In this document: piece by piece, positions 15,963 to 25,631 of the stretch
Position numbering within the stretch: position 1 is the stretch's first letter
How the letters are laid out: each line of letters opens with the position of its first letter
Assembly: GCA_964432475.1 (NCBI GenBank)
Contig: CAYSNN010000001.1
Location: 1 to 58,237, forward strand
DNA from: an uncultured Gammaproteobacteria bacterium
GTDB taxonomy: Bacteria; Patescibacteriota; Microgenomatia; Daviesbacterales; UBA10151
Reading direction: 5' to 3'
Length of the DNA: 58,237 bases
Translations under genes and position numbers: made by a program
Notes under the pieces: model-generated
What the model saw: only the letters and a program-made list of their open reading frames with translations
The model's database searches: none
What the model was told of the DNA's origin: nothing

Positions 15963-17267
15963 TTAGGGCAGGAAAGATTTCACTAAAGCAATACCTTTTT
16001 GAATCATCCCTTTAAGCGGCAGGCTTCCGGAAAGTACAGGAATATGTATCTCTCCCGGAGTACCCTGAGTAGTACCATATAATATTAAACCGGCCGCGCT
16101 GGCAAATGATGGGGAATCGATCTCTTCAATCAAACCGGAAAGTCCGTCTATTTGTCCGCCTCTTGCCGGAAAACCTAATACATATTTTGCCTGGTCTAAA
16201 ACCCCAATGGTTTGAGCTCCACCTCCGCAAACTACTAATCCGGAAGGAATCTGAGTACCAAATCCGCTCTTTTTGATCTCCTTACCTACATATTTAAATA
16301 TTTCCTGAAGCCTTGGCCTGATAATACCATCCACTACTGCTTTTTTGGAAATCTTTTGCACATCTTCTGCAATCCCTAAGGATTTAATGTCCAAAAGCTC
16401 ATCCTCTTTTTTCTTCACTGTATTTGATTTACCCCCATTGGCAATTTCTTTTTCCTCTGCAAGTGCCGGCACCTTTGTGATTTTACCTAGAGACAGCTTG
16501 ATCTTTTCCGCAGACTCCAGAGAAACCCGTAGACCAACAGCCATATCCGAGGTAATGTGACGTGCTCCAATCGGAATAACAGATGAGTAGGCAACAGACC
16601 CGTCAATGAAAATAACAACATCCGTTGTCTCCCCGCCAATATCAACCAAAACCACGCCCAATTCTTTTTCCGTATCTGTTAACACCGAAATAGACGCTGC
16701 AATACCGGAAAAAACCAATTCATTTACATCTATACCTACTTCAGAAACACACTTTACCAGATTCCTCATCGAGGTAGATGAACCGGTGATTATATGAGTT
16801 TCAGTTTCCAGACGTACACCTGTCATGCCAATCGGATCTTTAATTCCCTCCTGACCATCAACTGTAAAAGTTCTTGGTATAACATGTAGTATCTCTCGGG
16901 AAGAAGCAAGAGGTATGGCTCTAGCGGCCTCATTAACCCTTTGAATATCACTCTCCTTTATCTCTCCCTCAGGCTCAGAAACTGCCACCACTGCGTGTTG
17001 GTTAATGCTTTCAATTTGAGGTCCTCCAAGTGAAACAAAAGCTGCGGATATTGAATAACCTGCCATCCTCTCTGCTGCCTCAACAGATTCGGTTATGGCA
17101 TTTACTGCTTCATCAATATCTACAACCTGGTTTTTTCTAACCCCTTTAGAGACTGTTGAGGATACGCCAATTAAATTAATTTTTCCGTTCTCATCAACCG
17201 AGGCAATAAGGGTTGCAATTTTTGATGAGCCAACGTCTATTCCGCAAATAATTTTATCTTTCGCCAT
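15963..17267 (-). CDS. ftsA: cell division protein FtsA
   Basis: Actin-fold motifs GIDVGSSK, VDIGGETTD and VVCGGGAQT are present. The start is set at the ATG at 17267 (MAKDKIICGIDVG), 1 nt after the ftsQ stop. The track ORF extends to 17321. Confidence 0.93.
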   Translation of the reverse strand: MAKDKIICGIDVGSSKIATLIASVDENGKINLIGVSSTVSKGVRKNQVVDIDEAVNAITESVEAAERMAGYSISAAFVSLGGPQIESINQHAVVAVSEPEGEIKESDIQRVNEAARAIPLASSREILHVIPRTFTVDGQEGIKDPIGMTGVRLETETHIITGSSTSMRNLVKCVSEVGIDVNELVFSGIAASISVLTDTEKELGVVLVDIGGETTDVVIFIDGSVAYSSVIPIGARHITSDMAVGLRVSLESAEKIKLSLGKITKVPALAEEKEIANGGKSNTVKKKEDELLDIKSLGIAEDVQKISKKAVVDGIIRPRLQEIFKYVGKEIKKSGFGTQIPSGLVVCGGGAQTIGVLDQAKYVLGFPARGGQIDGLSGLIEEIDSPSFASAAGLILYGTTQGTPGEIHIPVLSGSLPLKGMIQKGIALVKSFLP

Positions 17268-17268
17268 A

Positions 17269-18072
17269 TTAGTTTTGAGTTTTAATTTTTTTTGGGGCAA
17301 ATTTAACAATGGGTTTATCAAATCGTAGATCGATAAACTCCGGACTTATATCGTCTATTTTAGCGATCTTTAGGATCAATTGTAAAGATGCAATTTGTTT
17401 ATCAATCTCATCATCCAGCCTGAAAACTACCCTGGGAACTGAAAATAGAACAAAGAAATTATCCTTTATCTGGGATTTTTTAGTATCTAATCCGATTATC
17501 TGCACTTTTTCTAAAATTTCTAAAGCCTTTTTGATGAAACTCCCGGACAGTCTCTGGCCGAAAGTCACCTTCTGATCACTTACAAATATCCTTGCGATAT
17601 CTAAGTTGCCTTTGTCTGCTGAATAAACTACTCCTTCCTTATCAACAATAAAAGAATCTAAAGCCTGCTCGGCACTTGGAGTTGCTATAGTTTCAAAAGA
17701 CGAAGAAGGTGAAGCCTCTACGTCATTTATATTGGACAATATTGCAAACCCTTCCCTACCCAAAACACTAACCTTTACTCTATTAGGGAATATTTTAGAA
17801 AAGTTTAACCCTTTTATACAAATAAACTTTTCATTTATTTTTTTTGCAGCATTTTCTGTATTTAGAAAAATTAAATTTTGACCTTTAAGCTCTGCTGAAT
17901 CTTTTAATTGATCAAAAGTTGTGCACTCTAAATTATCACCCTCTACCTCAACTGAACTAATGTTAAACAAATTATTTTTGAAAAATAAAAATAGGGGAAT
18001 GAGTAAAATAACTAAAAGACCCAAAAACAGTAGTTTGGTATAATTTTGCTTTTTTCTAGAATATTTTCTCAT
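17269..18072 (-). CDS. ftsQ: FtsQ/DivIB-like cell division protein (TM plus POTRA)
   Basis: N-terminal TM (LLFLGLLVILLIPLFLFF) followed by a POTRA-like ISSVEVEGDN...IFPNRVKVSV. Positioned between murG and ftsA. Confidence 0.8.
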   Translation of the reverse strand: MRKYSRKKQNYTKLLFLGLLVILLIPLFLFFKNNLFNISSVEVEGDNLECTTFDQLKDSAELKGQNLIFLNTENAAKKINEKFICIKGLNFSKIFPNRVKVSVLGREGFAILSNINDVEASPSSSFETIATPSAEQALDSFIVDKEGVVYSADKGNLDIARIFVSDQKVTFGQRLSGSFIKKALEILEKVQIIGLDTKKSQIKDNFFVLFSVPRVVFRLDDEIDKQIASLQLILKIAKIDDISPEFIDLRFDKPIVKFAPKKIKTQN

Positions 18073-19169
18073 CTTCCTAAAAGTACAACTTCCAAAGCTA
18101 ACCTTTTTGTTGCATCTGAAATTACAATCTTTTTTGCATTCTCTGCCTGGCTTGTCAAACTCCCTAAATTTTTAACACTAGATCTTATATTTTCCACAAG
18201 GGTCTGTGCTGATAATTTTGATTGAGGTAAGATTTTAACAGATCCCAGCTTTTCAAAATATTTTGCATTCTTTACCTGCTCATCCTGGTAAAGAGGCTCA
18301 AATGGTATTATTAGCGCAGGTTTTCCAAAAAAAGCAAGCTCATTTAAGGTATTTGCTCCGGCCCGGCTTATTACAAAATCAACCTTAGATAAAATTCCTC
18401 CTATCTCATCACCGATCCACTTTTTCACCAAATAATTTTCATTCTCTAAAAGCTTTAATCTTTCGAAATCCCCAAAAGCAGAATCCCCGGTTTGATGAAT
18501 AACACAAGCCAGTTTAGATAACTTATTTAAACACTGCTCTATTACAACATTTATGGAATGTGACCCTTGATTTCCACCTAAAACTAAAACTGTTGGCAAA
18601 TTCTTTTTCTTAGCGCATTCAAAAATCTGATTAAATTCAGAAGGAATATTTTTGATCGGATTTATTATTTCTTTTCTTAAAGGATTACCGGTAATAATTG
18701 TCCGGCCATTCTTTTTAGGTGAGTCAAAAGATAGACAGATCTTATCTGCAAAAAGCGCGCTTAATCTGTTGGCTAAACCCGATACCAAAGTTTGCTCATG
18801 AATAATTATAGGTATTGAAAAAAACCACCCGATTATTACAATTGGTACAGCAACATATCCTCCAAAAGATAAGATTACATCAGGCTTTTCCTTAAATAAA
18901 ATATAGATAGATTGAATAATTCCAATGGGGATTTTAAGCAGTGAGGGAATTGTATAAATTGTAAATTTTCTTTGTAATCTTCCGGTTATAATCGGAATAA
19001 ATTTTATACCAAGCTTAGGAAAAACTTGAGATTCCCTTGACAAGGTATTGTCTCCTTCTAAGGTCGTTTTTCTCCCCACATAAACTACCGATACATTTTT
19101 AATTTTTTTTAGCTCCTCTGCTACAGCAACAGCCGGAGTAAAATGAGCACCAGTCAGCAAAACTTTCAT
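18069..19169 (-). CDS. murG: UDP-GlcNAc:lipid I GlcNAc transferase MurG
   Basis: The C-terminal SRAGANTLNELAFFGKPALIIP matches MurG. The N-terminal G-loop is divergent (LLTGAHFTPAVAVA). Sits in dcw context. Confidence 0.88.
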   Translation of the reverse strand: MKVLLTGAHFTPAVAVAEELKKIKNVSVVYVGRKTTLEGDNTLSRESQVFPKLGIKFIPIITGRLQRKFTIYTIPSLLKIPIGIIQSIYILFKEKPDVILSFGGYVAVPIVIIGWFFSIPIIIHEQTLVSGLANRLSALFADKICLSFDSPKKNGRTIITGNPLRKEIINPIKNIPSEFNQIFECAKKKNLPTVLVLGGNQGSHSINVVIEQCLNKLSKLACVIHQTGDSAFGDFERLKLLENENYLVKKWIGDEIGGILSKVDFVISRAGANTLNELAFFGKPALIIPFEPLYQDEQVKNAKYFEKLGSVKILPQSKLSAQTLVENIRSSVKNLGSLTSQAENAKKIVISDATKRLALEVVLLGR

Positions 19170-19187
19170 ATCTAGTGTAATTATATA

Positions 19188-20291
19188 TTAAGAGGTGTGC
19201 TTTGAGATATTAAGTAAAATCCCTACCGCTGTCAGGTTTGCAACCAGTGCAGAACCGCCATAAGAAATAAAGGGGAGCGGTACGCCTGTCAGGGGCAAAA
19301 GTGCCACCATAGAGGATAGATTAATAACAACCTGAATCCCAAGCCAACAAGTCAAACCAAGCGCTAAAATTTTACCAAAATTATCCGGAGCATTTTGGGA
19401 AATCTTAATTCCTCTAAGAATTACAACTGTAAATAATCCTAATAGTAAAAGTCCGCCTAAAAAGCCCAGCTCCTCTCCGATTATGCCAAAGATAGAATCC
19501 GTTGACACCTCAGGAATATATTCAAACTTCTGTCTTGAATGTCCCAAACCCAAACCCAGTAACCCTCCTGAACCTAAGGCTATCAATACCTGCGAGATAT
19601 GGTAAGTAAACCCCTGAGGATCAGAGAAAGGATCCATAAAGGCTAAAACTCTTTTACTTCTATATGAAGAGGTAGAAATGAGTAAATAAAGAGCAAGCAA
19701 ACCAAAAGGGAATGTTGCTAAAAAATGCCAAATAGGTGCACCGCTTGCAAAGTACATTAATGTGGCTGTGGCCACAAATACCAGTGTTGTTCCTAAGTCT
19801 TTTTGTAAAATTGCCGTTATGATGGGTACACTTACTATAAGTATTAAAAAAGGTGCCAGCCTGCTTTTCTTCTCAAAAACTGCAGCTAAAAATATGACCC
19901 CTGTGAGCTTAATAATTTCTGCCGGCTGAATGGTTACGGATCCGATCTTTAACCATCTATGAGCACCCCCGCCTGCTGCACCAAGTCCGGGAATAAAAAC
20001 TGCCAGCAAAAGTAAAAACGAAAGTAAGATTAAAGGAAGGGCGTATTTTCTAAATATTCTATAGTCAAATTTTGCGAAAAAAACCATTGATAAAATACCC
20101 AGAACTACCCAGATCAGTTGTTGCCTAATATAGTAGTAACTATCTTTAAAATCTTTAAGTCCCTGAACAGCGGATGCATCATAAACCATGATTATTCCAA
20201 ATATTACTAGGGCTATAATCGCCGCCAGGAAAGGTACGTCCACGCCTTTTGTCTGAGATTGAAGTGAAGAAGTTTTATGGTGCAGCCTCAT
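19188..20291 (-). CDS. ftsW: SEDS-family lipid II flippase/polymerase FtsW
   Basis: IQPAEIIKL, QKDLGTTL and PEVSTDSIFGIIGEELG are present. The ATG at 20291 forms an ATGA overlap with the mraY stop. The track ORF extends to 20348. Confidence 0.88.
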   Translation of the reverse strand: MRLHHKTSSLQSQTKGVDVPFLAAIIALVIFGIIMVYDASAVQGLKDFKDSYYYIRQQLIWVVLGILSMVFFAKFDYRIFRKYALPLILLSFLLLLAVFIPGLGAAGGGAHRWLKIGSVTIQPAEIIKLTGVIFLAAVFEKKSRLAPFLILIVSVPIITAILQKDLGTTLVFVATATLMYFASGAPIWHFLATFPFGLLALYLLISTSSYRSKRVLAFMDPFSDPQGFTYHISQVLIALGSGGLLGLGLGHSRQKFEYIPEVSTDSIFGIIGEELGFLGGLLLLGLFTVVILRGIKISQNAPDNFGKILALGLTCWLGIQVVINLSSMVALLPLTGVPLPFISYGGSALVANLTAVGILLNISKHTS

Positions 20292-21295
20292 CTTGAAAGT
20301 AATGCTATCCAAAGACCAAATATTGCAAATAATCCCTGTGCTAACCAAAATCTAGTAACTATTTTCGGCTCTTCCCAACCAACATATTTAAAATACATAT
20401 GAATGGGGGAAACAGGCAGTATTTTTCTGTGTAAGAATTTCTTAGAGATTATCTGAATTAGTGAGGAGGAAACTATTATTACAAACATTCCGCCAATTAT
20501 AGCAAGAGCCAGTATCTTACCGGTTAAAAGTCCGACAACCGCAAGCGTTGCTCCAAATGCAAAAGAGCCGGCATCTCCTAAAAAAATCCTTGCCGGCCAG
20601 ATATTAAAATAAAGAAAAGAAAACAGCGCACCTATCCAAATACCAATAAATGAAGCAAGGGTTAAATCTAAAGATTGAGATGTAAGTGCCAGGAAAGCAA
20701 ATAAACAAATTAGCAAAAGACCGGCTGATAAGCCGTCTAATCCGTCAGAGATATTGTAGGCATTGGCAAAAGAAATAATCACAAAAGCAGCCAGCGGAAT
20801 ATACCAGCTATCTATAACAAAATTTCCTAAACCGGAAATATAGATATTATTTAACCCTCCCATAAAATAAAGCATACCAGCAACTGAAACAGATAACAGA
20901 AGCTGGATAATAAACATTTTCCTCCTTCCAAGACCGATAAACTTTCCTGACCTTTTTGTAATGATTAATTTAATATCGTCAATAAGTCCTAATAACCCGA
21001 ATGAAATAAGAGTAAATAGTAAGATTTTCAAACTAGTCCCATCAACCGAGGCATTAACTAATCCGTATCCAATACTTAAAATTATCAGAATTGAAATAAT
21101 CAAAATTCCCCCTCCGGACGGAGTAGCAATATCCGCTTTCATGAGCTTGTCATGAATTGGGGTTTCAGATTTTTTTAATTCATCAGAGCTTCTTTGGAAA
21201 CGCTTTTTTAAATAGTAAAGCAGATCTATAAACGGCACCATACAGACGGATGTTGCGGCAAATGATAATAAAACTAAACCTAAAAGCTGGGTCAT
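20288..21295 (-). CDS. mraY: phospho-N-acetylmuramoyl-pentapeptide transferase MraY
   Basis: ANAYNISDGLDGLSAGL and LGDAGSFAFGATLA motifs are present. Confidence 0.95.
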   Translation of the reverse strand: MTQLLGLVLLSFAATSVCMVPFIDLLYYLKKRFQRSSDELKKSETPIHDKLMKADIATPSGGGILIISILIILSIGYGLVNASVDGTSLKILLFTLISFGLLGLIDDIKLIITKRSGKFIGLGRRKMFIIQLLLSVSVAGMLYFMGGLNNIYISGLGNFVIDSWYIPLAAFVIISFANAYNISDGLDGLSAGLLLICLFAFLALTSQSLDLTLASFIGIWIGALFSFLYFNIWPARIFLGDAGSFAFGATLAVVGLLTGKILALAIIGGMFVIIVSSSLIQIISKKFLHRKILPVSPIHMYFKYVGWEEPKIVTRFWLAQGLFAIFGLWIALLSR

Positions 21296-22488
21296 TTTTT
21301 TGCAATGCGTTTAACTACCTCATCTAATCTTACAGCACGGGACCCCTTAATTAAAACTACGTCCCCTTTTCCTAAATTCTTAAGTAACCTGCTGACAATC
21401 TGTGAATTTTGTAAATTTCCCTCAACTCTTTCCTCCCAATACCCTAACCCTTTTAACTCATCTTCAATAATTTGCGTATCCCCCTGGCCTAAAAATACAA
21501 AGTCTAACTTTTCTTTATAAATTCTTTGGGCAACCTGACGGTGTAGCTTTTCCGAATACTCCCCAAGCTCTTTCATTTCTCCTAAAACTAAAAACCTTCT
21601 TCTGGCGTTTACTTCCAGCAAAGTATCTATGGCAGCATCTAAAGCTGCCGGAGATGAATTATATGTATCATCCAAAATAAACGAACCGTTTGGCCCTGTC
21701 AGTACCTGCATCCTATGGTTTGAAGGTTTCACAGACTCTAAAGCCAGTTTAATCTTTGTTAAAGGAATATTATTGACAACCCCCAAAGCCGCTGCGGCCA
21801 ATGCAGAATAGATCTGATGCGAACCCAAAAGCTCAAAATATACTTTAACTCTTTCCACCCCCAAGTTTAGCTCAAAGACTGTCTGGAAGTTTTCTATTTT
21901 TATATTGCCCGCCCACACAGTGCAATTTTGGACATCTGTTCCGTAGTAGACTACCGAACCTTTACATTTTTTTGCTAATTCTTGAGAGATGGGATCATCA
22001 AAGTTTAATATTGCTACCCCATCTTCTTCCAATTGCTCAATAAGCTTACCCTTCTCCTCAATAATCTCTTTTAAACCCCCCAAAAATTGGCTGTGAGCAT
22101 AAGCAATTTTGGTAAAAATCACTGTTTGAGGTTTTATCAGTGATAAGTAAAAATCCAACTCTCCTTTATACTCAATCCCCATCTCAAGTACTACTCTTTT
22201 GACAGCCGGACTCATCTGTAAAAGTGTATCGGGTATATTTAAAATCGGGTCTAAATCAGGCTTAGTGCTAATGGTATTGAATTTTTGAGATAAAACTGCA
22301 ACAGCTGACTGTATAGTAGATGTTTTACCAACAGAGCCGGTTACCCCAATGAATGTTTTTTTGGGAAATAATTTAACGTATTGTTTTGCCAAATAGATTC
22401 TAAAAAGATGAAATGGTTTTTTAAAGGCGGAAATTTTCGTTTTGTAAGGTGTAGTCTGTTTCCAAATGGGGTGATCATAAATATCCAC
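21292..22488 (-). CDS. murF: UDP-MurNAc-tripeptide:D-Ala-D-Ala ligase MurF (short N-terminus)
   Basis: P-loop GVTGSVGKTST and DDTYNSSPAAL are present. GTG start, 398 aa. Confidence 0.85.
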   Translation of the reverse strand: MDIYDHPIWKQTTPYKTKISAFKKPFHLFRIYLAKQYVKLFPKKTFIGVTGSVGKTSTIQSAVAVLSQKFNTISTKPDLDPILNIPDTLLQMSPAVKRVVLEMGIEYKGELDFYLSLIKPQTVIFTKIAYAHSQFLGGLKEIIEEKGKLIEQLEEDGVAILNFDDPISQELAKKCKGSVVYYGTDVQNCTVWAGNIKIENFQTVFELNLGVERVKVYFELLGSHQIYSALAAAALGVVNNIPLTKIKLALESVKPSNHRMQVLTGPNGSFILDDTYNSSPAALDAAIDTLLEVNARRRFLVLGEMKELGEYSEKLHRQVAQRIYKEKLDFVFLGQGDTQIIEDELKGLGYWEERVEGNLQNSQIVSRLLKNLGKGDVVLIKGSRAVRLDEVVKRIAKK

Positions 22489-22518
22489 GCAGGTAATTAT
22501 ATCACGCAGTAATACAAG

Positions 22519-23781
22519 TTATGCTTCAACCCTTTCGATTTCAGCACCTAAGTTTTTTAGTTTTCCAACTACATCCTCATAACCTCTTTCTATAAGTTCT
22601 GCCTGATTAATGACACTTTTACCTTTGGCAACAAGCGCAGCTAAAACCAAAGCCATTCCGGCCCGAATATCAGGAGTTTCTAAACTGCGCGCCTTAAGCT
22701 TAGTTGGTCCATAAACCAGTACTCTATGCGGATCAGCTAAAACAATTTGAGCACCCATAGAAATTAATTTATCTATAAAAAACATCCGCGATTCATACAT
22801 CCAGTCGTGACACAAACTTACTCCTTTTGATTGAGAAGCCAAAACAATCACTACACTCATCAAGTCTGTTGGAAATCCCGGCCAGATATTGGTAATAATC
22901 TTTGCCGGAGATTTTAGTCTTTCTGCTGAAACCGTAAGACTGTTGTTATTCTTGGCAATTTTAATACCAAAGCTTTGAAGAGGTAAAAGAACAGGACTTA
23001 AATCTGTCTCATCCAGGCCTTCAAGTTGCAGTTTACCTCCTGTTATAGCAGCAGCTACTACATATGTACCAATCTCCACATAATCAATCCCTATTCTGAA
23101 TTTGGTACCAAATAACTTACTCACCCCTACTATAGTTAGTGTATCTGTACCAACCCCTTCCAATTTAGCGCCCATTTGAGTAAGCATTTTGCATAAATCA
23201 GTAATATGAGGTTCTTTTGCGCAGTTTCTCAGTGTCACTGTTTGCTTACCCAAAACAGACGCTAAAATTAAGTTTTCCGTTGCCGTAACTGATGCCTCCT
23301 GCAGAAAAATATCTACAACACTACTTTTTGTATCCCGTGTGAAAGTCAACAAATATTTTAAATTATCTCTTTTTACAACCGCTCCAAGTGCTCTAAACCC
23401 TTCTAAATGAGTGTCAATACTTCTTCTGCCGATTATATCTCCGCCCGGATGCCAAAAATTTACTTTCCCGACTCTTGCTAAAACACTCCCAACCAAAACC
23501 AATGCGCCGCGAAGTTTTGTCATCAATTCCTCAGGAAGCGAAAAGTGGCTTAGTATCTGCGCTTTGATAATAAGAGTAGTGCCTTCTTTTTTAACAGAAA
23601 CGCCTAATTTTCTAAGAATTTTTATTAAAACCTCTGTATCTTTTAAATCAGAGATATTCTCCAATATAACCTCTTCTTCTGTTAAAAGCGCTGCAGCTAC
23701 ACAGGGAAAAACGGAATTTTTATTTCCGGAAATTCTCACGCTCCCAGCCAATTTTTTTCCTCCCTTTATGATATATCGCAT
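22519..23781 (-). CDS. murA: UDP-GlcNAc 1-carboxyvinyltransferase MurA (Asp at the catalytic Cys115 position)
   Basis: ISGNKNSVFPCVAAALL is present. The active-site loop HPGGDIIGRRSIDTH aligns with E. coli PGGCAIGARPVDLH. Confidence 0.95.
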   Translation of the reverse strand: MRYIIKGGKKLAGSVRISGNKNSVFPCVAAALLTEEEVILENISDLKDTEVLIKILRKLGVSVKKEGTTLIIKAQILSHFSLPEELMTKLRGALVLVGSVLARVGKVNFWHPGGDIIGRRSIDTHLEGFRALGAVVKRDNLKYLLTFTRDTKSSVVDIFLQEASVTATENLILASVLGKQTVTLRNCAKEPHITDLCKMLTQMGAKLEGVGTDTLTIVGVSKLFGTKFRIGIDYVEIGTYVVAAAITGGKLQLEGLDETDLSPVLLPLQSFGIKIAKNNNSLTVSAERLKSPAKIITNIWPGFPTDLMSVVIVLASQSKGVSLCHDWMYESRMFFIDKLISMGAQIVLADPHRVLVYGPTKLKARSLETPDIRAGMALVLAALVAKGKSVINQAELIERGYEDVVGKLKNLGAEIERVEA

Positions 23782-24366
23782 TTAATTTTTCGCCTTAATT
23801 TTAAATACTGCAGATAAAACAATATGCTTCCTGGGCCTTAAATCCTCCACTGAAATCTCATCAATTTCAGATACATGATCTAATACTTTAATACTTTTAA
23901 CTTTAGTTTGCAAAAGGTGGCTCAAAAACAGATTGCCACCGATACTGCCTGGGATACCGGCAATTTCGCTGGTAGAAAGACCCTGCGAATCTAAATATTC
24001 TGAAAATTTACTGATACTTACACCTGATTCAACTTCTACCAGTGCTTCCTCAACTCCTATCCCATATTTAGTAACCTTGCCTTTTACAGAAATTGTCTGA
24101 ATAATTTTAGTGCGGTTTTTAACCACAAGTCCATCAAAACCTGCATCAGACATCATAATCTTACTGCCGGTCCCAAAAACAAAAATCGGCAGTTTCAATT
24201 CCCGACACATCTTTACAATCTTTACAAGTTCATTGCTCGTAAAAGCTATGAAAAAAAGCTTTGCCGGACCGCCTGCCTTTAGCGCTGTATAACTTTTGAG
24301 AGGTTCACTAAATTTAAACCTGTCTTTCCCAAAAGAATCTACAACTAACTTAAATTTACTATCCAT
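23782..24366 (-). CDS. MurB-like protein, FAD-binding N-terminal domain only (truncated relative to canonical MurB)
   Basis: 194 aa with YTALKAGGPAKLFF, FVFGTGSKIMMSD, GFDGLVVKN and IAGIPGSIGGN matching MurB N-terminal motifs. There is no room for a C-terminal domain because the stop abuts the murA start. Confidence 0.7.
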   Translation of the reverse strand: MDSKFKLVVDSFGKDRFKFSEPLKSYTALKAGGPAKLFFIAFTSNELVKIVKMCRELKLPIFVFGTGSKIMMSDAGFDGLVVKNRTKIIQTISVKGKVTKYGIGVEEALVEVESGVSISKFSEYLDSQGLSTSEIAGIPGSIGGNLFLSHLLQTKVKSIKVLDHVSEIDEISVEDLRPRKHIVLSAVFKIKAKN

Positions 24367-25561
24367 TCAGTGCTGTCCTTATTGCTTCAACATCTGACCA
24401 GGAAATTTCTTTTTTTCCGTCTAAATTCATGGAGGTCTCATGTCCTTTTCCAAAAATACCAATAGTATCTCCTCTTTTTGCTAAATTATTGACAGCAAAA
24501 TCAATCGCTTCCTGTCTGTCATTAATAAAAAATAGGTTTCTGTCTAAAACTGCTCCTGCCTTTTTAGCACCCTCAGATATCTGCCTATTAATAATCTCAA
24601 TTTGCCCCCTTGGATCAACAGCAGTAACAATAACAACATCAGATAACTTTTGGGCAATCTCTCCCATCATCGACCTTTTACCTTCGTCCCGAAATCCTTC
24701 AGCTCCAATTAAAGCAATTAATCTTCCGGACTTATATTGAGAACGTAACGTCTTTAAGGCTTGCTCCAATCCATTTGGGGTATGTGCAAAATCTACATAA
24801 AGTCTTATACCTTTGTTATTTTCTACTTCCTCCATTCTACCCGTCAGATTTTTAAAATTTTCTAAAGCCTTTTTGGCCACTTCTTTTTTAATATCCATTA
24901 CAAAAGCCGTAGCTAGCGCCGCCAAAGCGTTTTCCATATTATAATCCCCGACAACTGCTAATTTTAATTTAACGTCTTTTTGATTGAAATCTCCCTTACT
25001 TAAACCAAAAGTTATCACCTTACTACCCCGAATTCCCCTAATCCCCTGATTAACAATAGCCGTTTTAACACCTTGTATAAGCTTAAGTTTTGTCTGTAAA
25101 TAATTGTCAAATGTTTTGTGATAATCCAAATGCTCGTGCGTAACATTTGTGATTACTCCGACTTCAAAACTTACCCCCCAAAACCTGTACTGATCTAGGG
25201 CATGAGAAGTTACCTCCATTACCAAATACTCATCCCCTGCATCTTTTGCCTCCTTTGCAAACCCCTGGATTGTAAAAGGATCAGGTGATGTTACATGAAA
25301 ACCTGTATCGTAAGATTTCCCGGCAATCTCTGCTTTAACTGTGGAAATCATAGAAACTTTTTTCCCGGCAGATTTTAAAATCTGATAAATCATATTTGTA
25401 GTTGTTGTCTTCCCATCCGTGCCGGTTACTCCAATTACTTTTAACCTCTTTGTCGGAAATCCGTAAAGAAAGTTTGCCAAAACAGCTTTTGGAAGGTGGT
25501 AAAATTTGTTAATTAGTCTTTGAGATAAAATACCCCGCAGAACTTGTTTAAACAGACTCAT
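24359..25561 (-). CDS. murE: Mur ligase, MurE-like (UDP-MurNAc-L-Ala-D-Glu:diamino acid ligase), lacking the N-terminal domain
   Basis: P-loop GVTGTDGKTTTT and DFAHTPNGLEQAL (the MurE-type DxAHTPD.L motif) are present. Positioned after ftsI. Confidence 0.82.
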   Translation of the reverse strand: MSLFKQVLRGILSQRLINKFYHLPKAVLANFLYGFPTKRLKVIGVTGTDGKTTTTNMIYQILKSAGKKVSMISTVKAEIAGKSYDTGFHVTSPDPFTIQGFAKEAKDAGDEYLVMEVTSHALDQYRFWGVSFEVGVITNVTHEHLDYHKTFDNYLQTKLKLIQGVKTAIVNQGIRGIRGSKVITFGLSKGDFNQKDVKLKLAVVGDYNMENALAALATAFVMDIKKEVAKKALENFKNLTGRMEEVENNKGIRLYVDFAHTPNGLEQALKTLRSQYKSGRLIALIGAEGFRDEGKRSMMGEIAQKLSDVVIVTAVDPRGQIEIINRQISEGAKKAGAVLDRNLFFINDRQEAIDFAVNNLAKRGDTIGIFGKGHETSMNLDGKKEISWSDVEAIRTALNG

Positions 25562-25569
25562 TGAAGCTA

Positions 25570-25578
25570 ATTATATCA
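25570..25578 (-). promoter_or_regulatory. extended -10 box (TGATATAAT) 8 nt upstream of the murE ATG
   Basis: The minus strand reads CTTCTGATATAAT-tagcttca-ATG, placed between REP-like copy C and murE. Confidence 0.4.
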
Positions 25579-25592
25579 GAAGCTCCTCCGCA

Positions 25593-25631
25593 ACCCACCC
25601 CCGGGGTGTCGTAGCCTGACACCTAAGGATA
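25593..25631 (+). repeat. REP-like 39-nt GC-rich hairpin element, copy C, between ftsI and murE
   Basis: ACCCACCCCCGGGGTGTCGTAGCCTGACACCTAAGGATA with stem GGTGTC-[GTAGCCT]-GACACC. It overlaps the last two codons and the TAG stop of ftsI. Confidence 0.8.
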
